From Mobula hypostoma (lineage: Eukaryota), in the NCBI RefSeq assembly GCF_963921235.1, contig NC_086108.1, positions 116,500,001 to 116,564,000 on the forward strand: 64,000 bases of DNA, written 5' to 3'. The translations under genes and the position numbers were made by a program. Every line of letters starts with the position of its first letter. Position 1 is the first letter of the stretch. Positions 63,000 through 64,000 of the stretch are shown in pieces. The notes below the pieces were generated by a model, which was not told the DNA's origin, did not search any database, and saw only the letters and a program-made list of their open reading frames with translations.

Positions 63000-64000
63000 T
63001 TAGAGTCTACAACACAGAAACAGGCCCTTCGGTCATCTAGTCTGTGCCAAACCGTTAAACTGCCTAGTCTTATTAACCTGCACCTGGAGCATAACTTTAG
63101 ATATCCTTCCCGTACGTGTACTTATCCAAATTTGAAATCAAACCCTCATCCACCACTTTCACTGGAAGCTCGTTTCACACTCACACCAATCTTTGAGTGA
63201 AGATGTTCTCCCCCATGTTCTCCTTACTGATTTCACCTTTGACCCTTAACCCATGACCTCCAGTTGTAGTCTCACACAACATCAGTGGAAAAAGCCTGCC
63301 TGCATTTATCCTAACAATACTCCTCATAATTCTGTATATCTCTATCAAATCTCCCCTCAATCTTTTATGCCCTAGGTAATGAAGTCCTGACCTATTCAGT
63401 CTTTCCCTATAACTCAGATCCTCAAGTTCCAGCAACATCCTTGTACATTTTCTCTGCACTCTTTCAATCTTATTTCCATCTTTCCTGTAGGTAGGTGACC
63501 CAAACTGCACACAATACTCCAAATTAGGTCTCACCAATGTCTTATACAATTTCAACATAACATCCCAACTCCTGCACTCACTACATTTATTTGTGAAGGC
63601 CAATGTGCCAAAAGCTTTCTTTATGGCCCGTGCTGTCACTTTCAATGAATTATGGATCTGTATTCCTAGATCCCTTTGTTCCACTGCACTCCTCAGTATC
63701 CTACAGCAACACCTCACACTAGTCGGCATTGAATTCTATCTGCCATTTTTCAGCCCATTTATTCCAGATGGTCCAGAGCCCACTACAAGCTTTGATAGTC
63801 TTCCTCGCAATCTTGGTGTCATTGGCAAACTTGCTGATCCAGTTAACCACATAATCATCTGGATTATTAATATAGGTGACAAACAACAAAGAACCCAGTA
63901 GCAATCCCAGCAGCACACCACTGGTCACAGGCCTCCAGTCAGAGAGGCAACCATCTACTACCACTATCTGGCATCTCCCACAATGTCAATGCCGAATCCA
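63000..64000 (-). mobile_element. Older CR1 3' part, running off the window edge
   Basis: ORFs 63181..63729 and 63719..63964. Confidence 0.88.

Overview
Eukaryotic, almost entirely transposon-derived DNA, probably from a cartilaginous fish (shark or ray). That origin is inferred from an HE1-type V-SINE, the very dense CR1-type LINEs, and the Penelope-like short repeats. No host protein-coding gene, rRNA, tRNA gene or CRISPR array can be supported, and every long ORF is a decayed or truncated transposon ORF. The window holds more than 25 CR1 LINE fragments of several subfamilies, a Gmr1-type Gypsy LTR element broken by an inversion (7313-14146), a solo LTR, and a near full-length HERO-clade restriction-like-endonuclease non-LTR element (16591-21027). 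It also holds Rex1/Babar, RTE and L1/Tx1 fragments, a Charlie/Buster-type hAT fossil, and several Penelope-like pLTR copies carrying minimal hammerhead ribozyme motifs. Insertions are nested up to five deep, often with readable target-site duplications (TSDs). The most unusual signals are three. (1) The HERO element has a 24-nt terminal direct repeat and a 3' UTR that folds by eye into a canonical kink-turn plus a pseudoknot. (2) A 203-bp Penelope-derived fold-back insertion carries an intact hammerhead core between 72-bp inverted arms. (3) The Gmr1 element has its two LTRs in inverted orientation. Boundaries not defined by a TSD are approximate (tens of bp). I cannot establish novelty without database searches.
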